Positions 1 through 7,916 of a stretch of DNA of 12,131 bases are shown in pieces. The notes below the pieces were generated by a model. That model was given only the letters and a program-made list of their open reading frames with translations, ran no database searches and had not been told where the DNA came from. Source of the DNA: Promethearchaeati archaeon (GTDB taxonomy: Archaea > Asgardarchaeota > Heimdallarchaeia > JABLTI01); NCBI GenBank assembly GCA_013166835.1, contig JABLTI010000079.1:1-12131 (forward strand), given 5' to 3'. Every line of letters starts with the position of its first letter. Position 1 is the first letter of the stretch. The translations under genes were made by a program, and so were the position numbers.

Positions 1-181
1 CTAAGATTGGATCTACTGGTGAAAAAGCGACTTCCCTTACACGCCAACCATGCCCTCGCAACGTAGCAAAATTATTATTGTAAACACCTCTATCTACTAG
101 AAGAAAAATACCAAGAATTCCAGAAGAAACAACAACAAGAATGATAGATATTGAAACTAATATTTTGTATTTTCTTTGCAT
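1..181 (-). CDS. N-terminal part of a membrane-anchored WD40-repeat protein (continues beyond the left edge; alternative in-frame ATG at 193)
   Basis: Manual translation of the minus strand from ATG at 181: MQRKYKILVSISIILVVVSSGILGIFLLVDRGVYNNNFATLRGHGWRVREVAFSPVDPIL. Basic N-terminus, one hydrophobic helix, then a canonical WD40 start (TL-x-GH-x3-V-x2-VAFSP). The frame stays open to the window edge. Not in the supplied ORF track. Confidence 0.85.
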   Translation of the reverse strand, partial: MQRKYKILVSISIILVVVSSGILGIFLLVDRGVYNNNFATLRGHGWRVREVAFSPVDPIL

Positions 182-207
182 TACTAACCACATACCTTAA
201 TTATGAA

Positions 208-292
208 TGACAATAACTTGGAAATACTTATAAATATTTTCTCAGTTATGTTGTCCATATGATTCTCAAGTAAGTTGTCCAAAAGAATCCTA
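208..292. promoter_or_regulatory. Divergent promoter region with TATA-like box and repeated GTTGTCCA motifs (putative operator)
   Basis: TTATAAAT at 228-235; GTTGTCCA at 250-257 and 274-281; related inverted copy TGACAATAACT at 208-218. Lies between the divergent WD40 and wHTH genes. Confidence 0.4.
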
Positions 293-307
293 TAAGAAGG
301 TGTAGAA

Positions 308-958
308 ATGACAGATTCAGAAAAATTCATTCAAGATAATATTGGGTATCGAGAAAAGCCATTCGTTGTTCTTACTGATCCTAAAGCTACAAAGTGTCTT
401 TATGATAAAACAACTAAACCGGTTCTTGATTTGCTAAAAGAGAAACCCATGACAAGATATGATTTAGAAATAGAACTTAATAAATCACAAAAAACCATTT
501 ATCGTTATTTGAAAAAACTTGAGGAAGCGGGACTCATCGTTAAAGGAGGAAAAAGGATAATTAATGAAAAAGGAGAATACAAAGTTTATACTCTTTTCAG
601 TAGAACTGCAAAGATCTACTATGATAACTATAGTACAAAATTTGTAGATGAAGAGCTAAAGATAGAGACAAAGGCAGAACATCGCAACAAAATTATGAGT
701 CTTGTCGCCAAATTACTAGGACAACTTTATGAAAATCAAAAAGGAGACATAGGAATGCTTTGGACTCTTTACAAGGACATCGAAATAAAGAAACTAGAAT
801 ACATTGAGAGATTAATGAGCAGTGCAGATGATGAGATGTTAGATTTTATCAGCACATTAACTACTCTTGAAGTAGCGTTCATTATTGAAATGATAGGGAT
901 TTTTGCTATACTAAGAGAAAAGCAATGGGAAAAACAAGTTTTGGATAGTTTTTATTAA
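308..958 (+). CDS. Winged helix-turn-helix (ArsR/HTH_20-like) transcriptional regulator with helical C-terminal domain
   Basis: VLDLLKEKPMTRYDLEIELNKSQKTIYRYLKKLEEAGLIVKGGKR...LFSRTAKIY is a typical wHTH plus wing. AAGGTG-type RBS upstream. Confidence 0.85.
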   Translation: MTDSEKFIQDNIGYREKPFVVLTDPKATKCLYDKTTKPVLDLLKEKPMTRYDLEIELNKSQKTIYRYLKKLEEAGLIVKGGKRIINEKGEYKVYTLFSRTAKIYYDNYSTKFVDEELKIETKAEHRNKIMSLVAKLLGQLYENQKGDIGMLWTLYKDIEIKKLEYIERLMSSADDEMLDFISTLTTLEVAFIIEMIGIFAILREKQWEKQVLDSFY

Positions 959-964
959 GACATT

Positions 965-1456
965 TCAATATTCTAGGAGAGAATTGATATTATTTGGAAG
1001 GTGATCTATCCCATTAAATTCCTTTATTATGATTGACTTAATTTTCTGTTTAATTTCAGATTTCACATGAGTTATTGATAATTTATCTTTACCACCAATA
1101 CTCTCACAATCATCTTCTACTAACAAATCAGGAATTATTCTTTCAACAACATTTTTGTATGTTTCTTTATTTTGACGAAAAACTATGATCCCTGTTGGAA
1201 AATTATTTTTTTTAAGAACCTCTGTTATCTGATCTATTTCAAAGATTTGTGTTCGAGAAGTTAAATAAAGTATTTCTAATCCTTGATCCACCCATTTCCT
1301 TAATTTGTTTACAGCCCCACCAATTGGAATATATGTTTTGAAATCAGAAACCGATTCGAGGTTTTTTTTGACTTGTTTAATTATCTCCTCTCGAGTATAA
1401 CCAAGCCCTTGCTTGTGCATAAGGATAGTTCCTTCTGTGAAGATTAATAGACGCAT
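965..1456 (-). CDS. HAD-superfamily-fold protein with degenerate motif I
   Basis: Motif I-like LLIFTEGTIL, motif II YLTSR, motif III Lys (ETYKNV), motif IV LLVEDD, plus PIGGAVNKLRKWVDQGLEILY matching the HAD core helix-strand. Convergent with the wHTH gene. Confidence 0.65.
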   Translation of the reverse strand: MRLLIFTEGTILMHKQGLGYTREEIIKQVKKNLESVSDFKTYIPIGGAVNKLRKWVDQGLEILYLTSRTQIFEIDQITEVLKKNNFPTGIIVFRQNKETYKNVVERIIPDLLVEDDCESIGGKDKLSITHVKSEIKQKIKSIIIKEFNGIDHLPNNINSLLEY

Positions 1457-1632
1457 AATGAATTATTGGATGGTTAATTCTTATAATATTGTGGTTTAAG
1501 AAGAAGCAAAATTTGCTTTGTAAAAGAAATGTATATATTTTTTCTACAAATACTTTTTCTTTAAGAGTGAGTAATCCAATCAATGGGGACACGTTGAAGT
1601 GGCAAATGAAAGTAAGAAAAGATCTTATTTCT

Positions 1633-2448
1633 CTAAATCTTATCTAGGTCATCTAGATAGGTAGTCTCTCCCAGCAATTTTGATACATGAGAAATAAATC
1701 TAGCACCGGGAGCTCCATCAATGATATCATGATCAACCATAAAAGCAGTGCAAAGGAGATGCCTTTCTTCTACCTTACCATCACGTAAAACAAGGTGATT
1801 CTTTATACCACCTGTGGAAACATTCAAAGTTTTGTCACGAAAAGGTATGAGCCAACCACCTTGGCCTTTAATGAACATTCCCATCGAAGTAAGTCCAACA
1901 GTGCCAGCCAATTTTTTTAGTCGATAGGGATTAGTTATCATTTTTCTGATGATAAATTTCCGGAGAAATTTTGGTACGTAAGTATATAATGACGTATATT
2001 TGGTCTGACCTCTTGCAAGTTGTTCCCTTTCTTCAATTTTTTTATCTTGATATGATCTAATTTCGTCTGTTATTGTTCTAACACTTTTTTTATCCGCATT
2101 ACGGATAACATAATTGTACGGAACCTTTTTCCCTTCTTTAGTAGTAATTTCAATAATTACACTTACGTCTACATCATCAAAAACGATGAGTTTTCGACCT
2201 TTACGAAAGGTGTTCAAAGGTCTGTTTACTTGACAGGTTATACCGAGACACTTAGCTGTAAAAGCAGTCATCGAGACCTTGTAGTTTTGTTTTTCCTTAA
2301 TTTCCTCTATCTTAGCTAAAGAATCTGTAACATCTACTTCAATTAATCCATAAACTTTAGGCATAGTAGAAGCTACAGCATTGTAATCCGCTAGAATCAT
2401 TCTATTAGCTGATATCTTTCTTTTGTGATATTTCTTTTCTTTTGGCAT
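1633..2448 (-). CDS. 2-oxoacid dehydrogenase E2 acyltransferase catalytic-domain-only protein (CAT-like fold)
   Basis: EVDVT, KVSMTAFTAK, VIRNADKKSVRTITDEI, GTVGLTSMG and catalytic DHDIIDGAPGARF (HxxxDG). No lipoyl or E3-binding domain in 271 aa. Confidence 0.9.
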   Translation of the reverse strand: MPKEKKYHKRKISANRMILADYNAVASTMPKVYGLIEVDVTDSLAKIEEIKEKQNYKVSMTAFTAKCLGITCQVNRPLNTFRKGRKLIVFDDVDVSVIIEITTKEGKKVPYNYVIRNADKKSVRTITDEIRSYQDKKIEEREQLARGQTKYTSLYTYVPKFLRKFIIRKMITNPYRLKKLAGTVGLTSMGMFIKGQGGWLIPFRDKTLNVSTGGIKNHLVLRDGKVEERHLLCTAFMVDHDIIDGAPGARFISHVSKLLGETTYLDDLDKI

Positions 2449-2668
2449 GCAGATTAATTTGTTTCCAGCTCATTTATAAATTTCGCATTTATACAGAAAA
2501 AAGTAGATTCAATTCACTCACTTCTTCTTTCAAGACGAGTAGTTTGGCTCGGGAGGACATGATTTAATGATAAACTAACAGTATTCAAATAAAGGAATCT
2601 GTTTGACACAAGTAGCGTTAAGCTTTTTTAGTATAGAACCATTAAATATTACATTTGGAAGGTTAGTA

Positions 2669-3328
2669 ATGAGTAGAACATTGAGCAATTTATTTCGCAT
2701 CAATCTTGGAGAATATTTCCTCATAGATGATTATGGTGCAAACAAACGCATAACTCCGCGTCCGAGAATACTCTTTGATAATGATGCCTTAGTTATTGTT
2801 TCGAAACTTGATCAAAAGGTTTACGATTTTACCGGTGTTAATGCTTCTGAAAAGAAGCAAAACGCTTCTAGCAAATTAGCTAAGGATTTAGGGGCAAGAC
2901 GTGGCTTCTCAGTAGAACGAATTATCTTTCCCTCCGAAAGCATTTCTCCGGAGCATCTTCAATTCATTGAATACTTTGTAGATGAACACTATTTTGCTAA
3001 AATGTCAATAGACACTTCAGAGTATTATCGGTGCTATTTTTGCGAGGAATTATTAGGAGACAGTGGCAAGTCTTGTGCTTCTTGTGGGAAAGAGATCATT
3101 GAGTGTTTTATCTGTAATAGTCCCATTTTATATGGCGATCTCGTTGGGAAATGCAGCTTATGTGGAGCAGCAGCTCATCTCGTTCACTTCTATGAATGGC
3201 TAAAAGCTTTAGGAATGTGTGCAAAATGCAATGAGAAACTTCATCCTGAAGGAATTATACCCATAATTGAAGATAATAAAGAGACTTTCTTTGAGGATCT
3301 TCACCCAGAAGAAATCCAAGAGGATTAA
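2669..3328 (+). CDS. Gelsolin-like domain fused to zinc-finger + RING-like (C4-H2-C2) domain
   Basis: ATG at 2669 preferred over TTG at 2603. N-terminal LFDNDALVIVSKLDQKVYDFTGVNASEKKQNASSKLAKDL fits the gelsolin-repeat pattern (L-x2-D-hhhh...h-h-W/F-x-G-x2-S...A-x2-A). C-terminus has 5 CxxC pairs plus HLVHFYEW. Confidence 0.75.
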   Translation: MSRTLSNLFRINLGEYFLIDDYGANKRITPRPRILFDNDALVIVSKLDQKVYDFTGVNASEKKQNASSKLAKDLGARRGFSVERIIFPSESISPEHLQFIEYFVDEHYFAKMSIDTSEYYRCYFCEELLGDSGKSCASCGKEIIECFICNSPILYGDLVGKCSLCGAAAHLVHFYEWLKALGMCAKCNEKLHPEGIIPIIEDNKETFFEDLHPEEIQED

Positions 3329-3395
3329 TTATTGGCAATATTTTTTTATATTGTAGAAAGCATTCTTTCTCTGATTTTGATTGGTTGTAGGTTAT

Positions 3396-3731
3396 ATGAA
3401 TGAAGAACATGTTAAGAAACAGATAGCTTTCATGGAAAAATGTGCAAGTATGAACTGGGATGAAGTAGATTCTGAATCCCAAGACCAAACTATGGAAGAA
3501 CTGTATCTAGCACTATATGAGTTACGAAAGCAGATAAGTGAAATCGTTGTGATGCTTCCTCTCCCCCTACTAGTACGTTTTGCGAAAGCATTACAAGCTT
3601 TAAATGATAACCAGGATAACCTTACTAGTGATGTTCAGGAAGAACTCGAGATGTACTTCTTCTATGAAAACATTGAGGAGAAGATAGAAGAGAATAGAGA
3701 GTTGTCTTGGGAGGAACTCCTAGATAAATAA
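3396..3731 (+). CDS. Hypothetical acidic, helical protein
   Basis: Open frame of about 111 aa from ATG 3396 (track start TTG 3381); E/D-rich, amphipathic helices; closely followed by the next gene. Confidence 0.7.
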   Translation: MNEEHVKKQIAFMEKCASMNWDEVDSESQDQTMEELYLALYELRKQISEIVVMLPLPLLVRFAKALQALNDNQDNLTSDVQEELEMYFFYENIEEKIEENRELSWEELLDK

Positions 3732-3750
3732 GCAGTAGTTGATGATTACT

Positions 3751-4065
3751 ATGGTTGAACCACCACGTTTACAAGTACAGTTTGATGCGAGGGAAAAGAT
3801 TATACCTATTCTTTATGAGAAATATTGCAAAGATAAATACAAATTTGTGACAATTCCACCAACCATAGAAAAGGACCCAAAACCTGGACCAATTAAAAGA
3901 TTATCGTTTCATTTACGAGATGATTCCGGAGAAGTGGTTGCTTCTTTTAATCCATGGGGAATTGCATCATGTTATAAAGAAGATTTCAAGCACATCTTTG
4001 ATAAAATGGTCGAAGAAATGAATCAAGCTGCAAAAGATGCTCTCGAGGAATTTGAAGGGATTTAA
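3751..4065 (+). CDS. Hypothetical protein (alpha/beta, ~104 aa)
   Basis: ORF MVEPPRLQVQFDARE...FNPWG...; alternative starts at 3739/3742; protein-like composition and operon-like spacing. Confidence 0.75.
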   Translation: MVEPPRLQVQFDAREKIIPILYEKYCKDKYKFVTIPPTIEKDPKPGPIKRLSFHLRDDSGEVVASFNPWGIASCYKEDFKHIFDKMVEEMNQAAKDALEEFEGI

Positions 4066-4104
4066 TGACTTAATCTCTTGATAGAATCTGATTGAGGTGA
4101 AAAA

Positions 4105-4566
4105 ATGGTATTATTACTTGTACTCTATCATTCACAGGAATATGGGAACACAAAAGCAATGGCTGAAGCAGTAGCTGAAGGAGCACAAACTACAGGAACC
4201 AAAATAACTTTAGTCAATACGAATGAGAACCGACTTGATATAGAGCAGTTTAGGCAATTTGATGTAGTAGCTTTTGGTTCTCCTGATTATTACAGCTATA
4301 TTGCTGGAGGATTAAAGGTATTCGTAGATGATTTTTACATTGCTCGAAAAATCAATCGACAAGGATTGGAAGATAAGCCTTATGGATTATTTTACTCTCA
4401 CGGAGGTGGAGGATCCGTTCGAGAACCATTCGAGAAACTTTTCAGGATGTTGAGGATTGGTCCAAAGATTGGTAAAACAGTTGAATCATACGGGAGTCCT
4501 AATAGCAAGGTACTAGAAGAGTGTCGGGTATTGGGCCAACAACTAGTAGAAAATTCTAAGAAATAG
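4105..4566 (+). CDS. Flavodoxin / WrbA-like FMN-binding protein
   Basis: Phosphate-binding loop YHSQEYGNTKAMAEAVAEG, FGSPDYYSYIAGGLKVFVD and FYSHGGGGG. GAGGTGA RBS upstream. Confidence 0.9.
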   Translation: MVLLLVLYHSQEYGNTKAMAEAVAEGAQTTGTKITLVNTNENRLDIEQFRQFDVVAFGSPDYYSYIAGGLKVFVDDFYIARKINRQGLEDKPYGLFYSHGGGGSVREPFEKLFRMLRIGPKIGKTVESYGSPNSKVLEECRVLGQQLVENSKK

Positions 4567-4645
4567 TTGGTGCTCAAGACTTCTTGTTTTTTATTTTAAA
4601 AAATCAAAATTAAAATGAAAGAACAGAAAAAAGAAATACTAAGAA

Positions 4646-5233
4646 TTATCCCATATATATCATATCAATTGCTTGTATTGCTAGATAATACAATTCAGTA
4701 TTCATTTCTTTTCTAGAAATTTCAGTTAGAGGACCAAGGGCTTTTTTGTTTTTCAGATTTCCTAAAGCTCGTGCTGCTTGATGCCTGACAAATTTATCTT
4801 CGTCATTTCGCAAGATGTGAATCAATGAACCAACGACCCTATCGTCACCAATATTTCCTAAAGCTGTAACCAGTTCTGATCTGAATATTGGATTACTTTT
4901 CTTTCCCTTCAATTTTTTTAGAATTGGATTTATTGCTTTGGTGTCACTTATATCTCCTAAAGCTAAGGCTGCATGATAAATTACTCCATCATCTGCATCA
5001 TTAAGGCACTCGATTAATACATCAACAGCTTCTTTTGCTTCCAGCTTACCAAGAACTCCACATGCCCCCTCACGAAATTGGGCGCTAGTGTCTTCTTTCA
5101 GAAGTGAAATCAAAAGCTGTACGGTTTCTGTGTTATGCTTTTCTGAGAGGGATTTAATTGCTGCAGCTCGTTCCTCGCCATTCTCACTTTCAAGTTTAAC
5201 TATTTGTTTTTTTGTATCTACTGTTATTGTCAT
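4646..5233 (-). CDS. HEAT-repeat (PBS lyase/HEAT_2-type) alpha-solenoid protein
   Basis: About 5 repeats of ~31 aa: FREGACGVLGKLEAKEAVDVLIECLND, VIYHAALALGDISDTKAINPILKKL, FRSELVTALGNIGDDRVVGSLIHIL, VRHQAARALGNLKNKKALGPL. Confidence 0.92.
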   Translation of the reverse strand: MTITVDTKKQIVKLESENGEERAAAIKSLSEKHNTETVQLLISLLKEDTSAQFREGACGVLGKLEAKEAVDVLIECLNDADDGVIYHAALALGDISDTKAINPILKKLKGKKSNPIFRSELVTALGNIGDDRVVGSLIHILRNDEDKFVRHQAARALGNLKNKKALGPLTEISRKEMNTELYYLAIQAIDMIYMG

Positions 5234-5546
5234 AATATCATCTCAAATTAGCAATCATTTAATGATTATTGGTTAAAATATCATAGCTAACCTAAAAGGA
5301 AATTGCATTTTGCATTTCAAAATAAGAGTCAATTAATCAAGCTATCATATTTGCTAGGTATTAATTTATTGCTTACTAGTATTAAGTATTTGCTTAATTT
5401 AAATGAATTTTAAAAAAATTAAATGTTTTTTTAAGTAAATTCTTGAGAAAATTGGTTGTATCATTCATCACAAATTAGTTCTTATCTTTTCCTAGAAATA
5501 CCGATGCTTAGACTCGTATTTTTTAACGCTTCATTATTCATTAATT

Positions 5547-6650
5547 TTAAATTGGTAATGTCTTTTTTACAATATTTATTAGCTGGTACACTAATCTAAT
5601 TGACTTTGAAGAAGAATTTGCTTGATTAATAGAACCAGCTATATACAAGTCAAGATCTTTTGAGTATAAAAGAAAAGCACCCGTGGAACCAAGATGACCG
5701 ATTAATGAGGGAAGTTTTCTAAACATAGTCATAAATATTGGCAATTCAATATACATTGTTCCGAAACCATATTTTAATGGAAAGTCAATACCTCTCCATT
5801 GATGCATTAAAGGTAGTGTTGTTTTTTTATCAATAATTTTGCCAGTTAGTAGAGCACTCAGAAAAGTCAAACAATCGTTTCCTGTAGAAATCAATCCCCC
5901 ATCAGCCCATGAAGACTCAAATGGCTTATTATATGATATTACTTGATCATTAAAATAAAACTCAGCAACTGGCATGTCAAGCTTTTCTATTGGTTCGGAT
6001 CGTTTATAGAACCAAGTGTTTTTCAAACCCAAAGGAGAGAAAAGATTGTCTTGAAATACTCGAGATAATTTTTTGCTTTCTACTGATTCAATTATTTTGC
6101 CTAAAAGCTGGTAGTTAGTGTCCGAGTATTTTGCTTTTTGTCCAGGTTTAAAATTAGCTTTAAGTTTGTCACGTGCAATAGCTATTGTCTGATCTACTGT
6201 AATGGTTCTCTCAGGATTGTTTAAAATATAATTAAAGAAATTTGATCCTCCTTGAGATTTTTCAAGATAATAATCAGCAATACCGGAGGTGTGACTCAAC
6301 AAATGTTTTATTGTGATAGAATTTGTATAATCAATACTTTTGTAAATATGAATTCCATTAACAAGTGTTTTTGGTAGAAAACTAACTATAGGAGCATCTA
6401 AATCAATTTTTTTTTCTTCGTAAAATTTCATTATAATTGCTGCAGTAAACATTTTAGTAATGCTTGCTATAAAAAATGGTGTTTCGGGAGTTATTGAAAT
6501 TTCTTTTTCCTTGTTAGCAATCCCGGATGCACCAGACCAATTGAATTTTCCATCACCACTTGAAATTGATAGAATTGCACTATGGATATTTTTATCTTTT
6601 TCAAAAGTTGTATTAATAAAATCATGAAGTTTAGATTTTATAGGATTCAT
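5547..6650 (-). CDS. Serine hydrolase, beta-lactamase class C / D-Ala-D-Ala peptidase-like family
   Basis: FFIASITKMFTA (SxxK), ITIKHLLSHTSGI, KYSDTNYQLLGKIIE (YxN equivalent), ADGGLIST, IGHLGSTG (HxG). No evident signal peptide. Confidence 0.93.
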   Translation of the reverse strand: MNPIKSKLHDFINTTFEKDKNIHSAILSISSGDGKFNWSGASGIANKEKEISITPETPFFIASITKMFTAAIIMKFYEEKKIDLDAPIVSFLPKTLVNGIHIYKSIDYTNSITIKHLLSHTSGIADYYLEKSQGGSNFFNYILNNPERTITVDQTIAIARDKLKANFKPGQKAKYSDTNYQLLGKIIESVESKKLSRVFQDNLFSPLGLKNTWFYKRSEPIEKLDMPVAEFYFNDQVISYNKPFESSWADGGLISTGNDCLTFLSALLTGKIIDKKTTLPLMHQWRGIDFPLKYGFGTMYIELPIFMTMFRKLPSLIGHLGSTGAFLLYSKDLDLYIAGSINQANSSSKSIRLVYQLINIVKKTLPI

Positions 6651-6827
6651 CTAATTTGCACCATTGATAGATTTCATTTCTGTTCTATTTTAATTAGTGA
6701 TACTAAATTATATCATTTTAATTTTTCTTAAGAAATTTTTTTATTAAATTTGTAAGTAAATTAAGATGCTAATTATAAAGCATGGAAAATGCAAACTAAG
6801 ATATAGTTAAAGTGGAGATTAAATTCA

Positions 6828-7703
6828 ATGAAAATTGAAATACTGGGCACTCCTTTCAATGGTATTGGTTCACCCCCGAATATTGAAAATACAGCAGATG
6901 GTCTACGAGAGTTGAAACTGGTGGAACTTTTGGACTCAAAAGGGTGTTCAGTAAAAGATCTTGGCAATTTAGAAGGATTTCAAATACAAGATATCAAAGA
7001 TTCTAAAACCGGAATTATGGATTTTGATCTCTGGGTTAACTTGTCCAATAGCTTATCGAAAAAGCTCGAAGGAATACTCAGCCGAAAAGGATTTCCTTTA
7101 CTTCTTGGTGGTGACTGTAGAATGTTAATCGGAGTCTTCTCAGCTTTTGCACAAAGGAATGAAGAAATTGGCCTTATTTTTCTTGATGGTCACGCTGATT
7201 TCCATACTATTGAAACATCTCCTACTGGTGATCCTGCGGATATGGAATTAGCAGTATTAACTGGACGTGGTCCTGATAAAATTACGAGAATTGCAAAAAA
7301 ATACCCTTTACTTGAAGAAAAGAATATCCTAGTTTACGGTATCAGAGCATGGGATCAAATTGCAGAATCAAATATAAAGGTCTTCGATTGTAAACAAATG
7401 AAAGAAAAGGGAATAAGAACTGCATTGGATGAGGGAATAGAAAGCTTTCCCGGTAAAGAACTTCCTGTTTGGCTTCATCTAGATGTTGATGTTCTGGATC
7501 CGAAACTAATGCCAGTTATGTTTCCTGAATCTGATGGATTATCTATTGAAGAATTACAGGAATTCCTCAGTCATGAATGGCTTTTGGGACAAACCATTGG
7601 ATTGAATATTGCTTGTTATCATCCAGTTTTGGATAAAGACGGTAGTGCAGGATCTCGCTTAGTTTCATTGATTGCAGAATTTCTCTCACAGCAGAATATA
7701 TAA
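6828..7703 (+). CDS. Arginase/ureohydrolase family protein (non-canonical active site)
   Basis: LLLGGDC, LIFLDGHADFH, VYGIRAWD, VWLHLDVDVLDP, DGLS motifs of the ureohydrolase fold. Confidence 0.9.
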   Translation: MKIEILGTPFNGIGSPPNIENTADGLRELKLVELLDSKGCSVKDLGNLEGFQIQDIKDSKTGIMDFDLWVNLSNSLSKKLEGILSRKGFPLLLGGDCRMLIGVFSAFAQRNEEIGLIFLDGHADFHTIETSPTGDPADMELAVLTGRGPDKITRIAKKYPLLEEKNILVYGIRAWDQIAESNIKVFDCKQMKEKGIRTALDEGIESFPGKELPVWLHLDVDVLDPKLMPVMFPESDGLSIEELQEFLSHEWLLGQTIGLNIACYHPVLDKDGSAGSRLVSLIAEFLSQQNI

Positions 7704-7916
7704 TCAGGTTCAGGTAAGATGTGATGATTCACTAATGGAGAAAAATCTACTTCATGAATCTTCTAAAATTCTTTGTATAGAAGTTTTATCGGTGAAGAAT
7801 CAAAAAGGCGGAACTGAAATCAATAATATTCCCAACTTGACATTTCTTTTTTTGCTGAAATGTTTTTAAGTTCATAATCCAAATATTATCATTGGTTATT
7901 TCAAGTAAAAGGGTGG

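Noticed and set aside
1377-1592. 71-aa minus-strand ORF
   Set aside because: Overlaps the HAD-like gene start in another frame, has no motif and runs through AT-rich intergenic sequence.
2536-2551. Small GC-rich hairpin CGAG...CTCG in the E2/gelsolin divergent intergenic region
   Set aside because: Stem of only 4-5 bp, which is expected by chance.
3255-3488. 77-aa minus-strand ORF
   Set aside because: Antisense shadow across two better-supported + strand genes.
2669-4566. Run of short co-oriented genes as an integron cassette array
   Set aside because: Intergenic gaps are too short and lack RYYYAAC...GTTRRRY attC structure; no integrase in view.
5088-5276. 62-aa plus-strand ORF
   Set aside because: Antisense to the HEAT-repeat gene.
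5547-6650. Serine hydrolase as a true antibiotic-resistance beta-lactamase
   Set aside because: The motifs (YSD, HLG) and lack of a signal peptide fit the broad esterase/peptidase members of the family; resistance cannot be inferred.
6773-6967. 64-aa minus-strand ORF
   Set aside because: Antisense to the arginase-family gene.
7672-7869. 65-aa plus-strand ORF, and a box C-like GTGATGA at 7721-7727
   Set aside because: The ORF overlaps the arginase end, has a weak start and no motif. The nearest CTGA is ~90 nt away with no C'/D' structure, so a C/D sRNA is unsupported.
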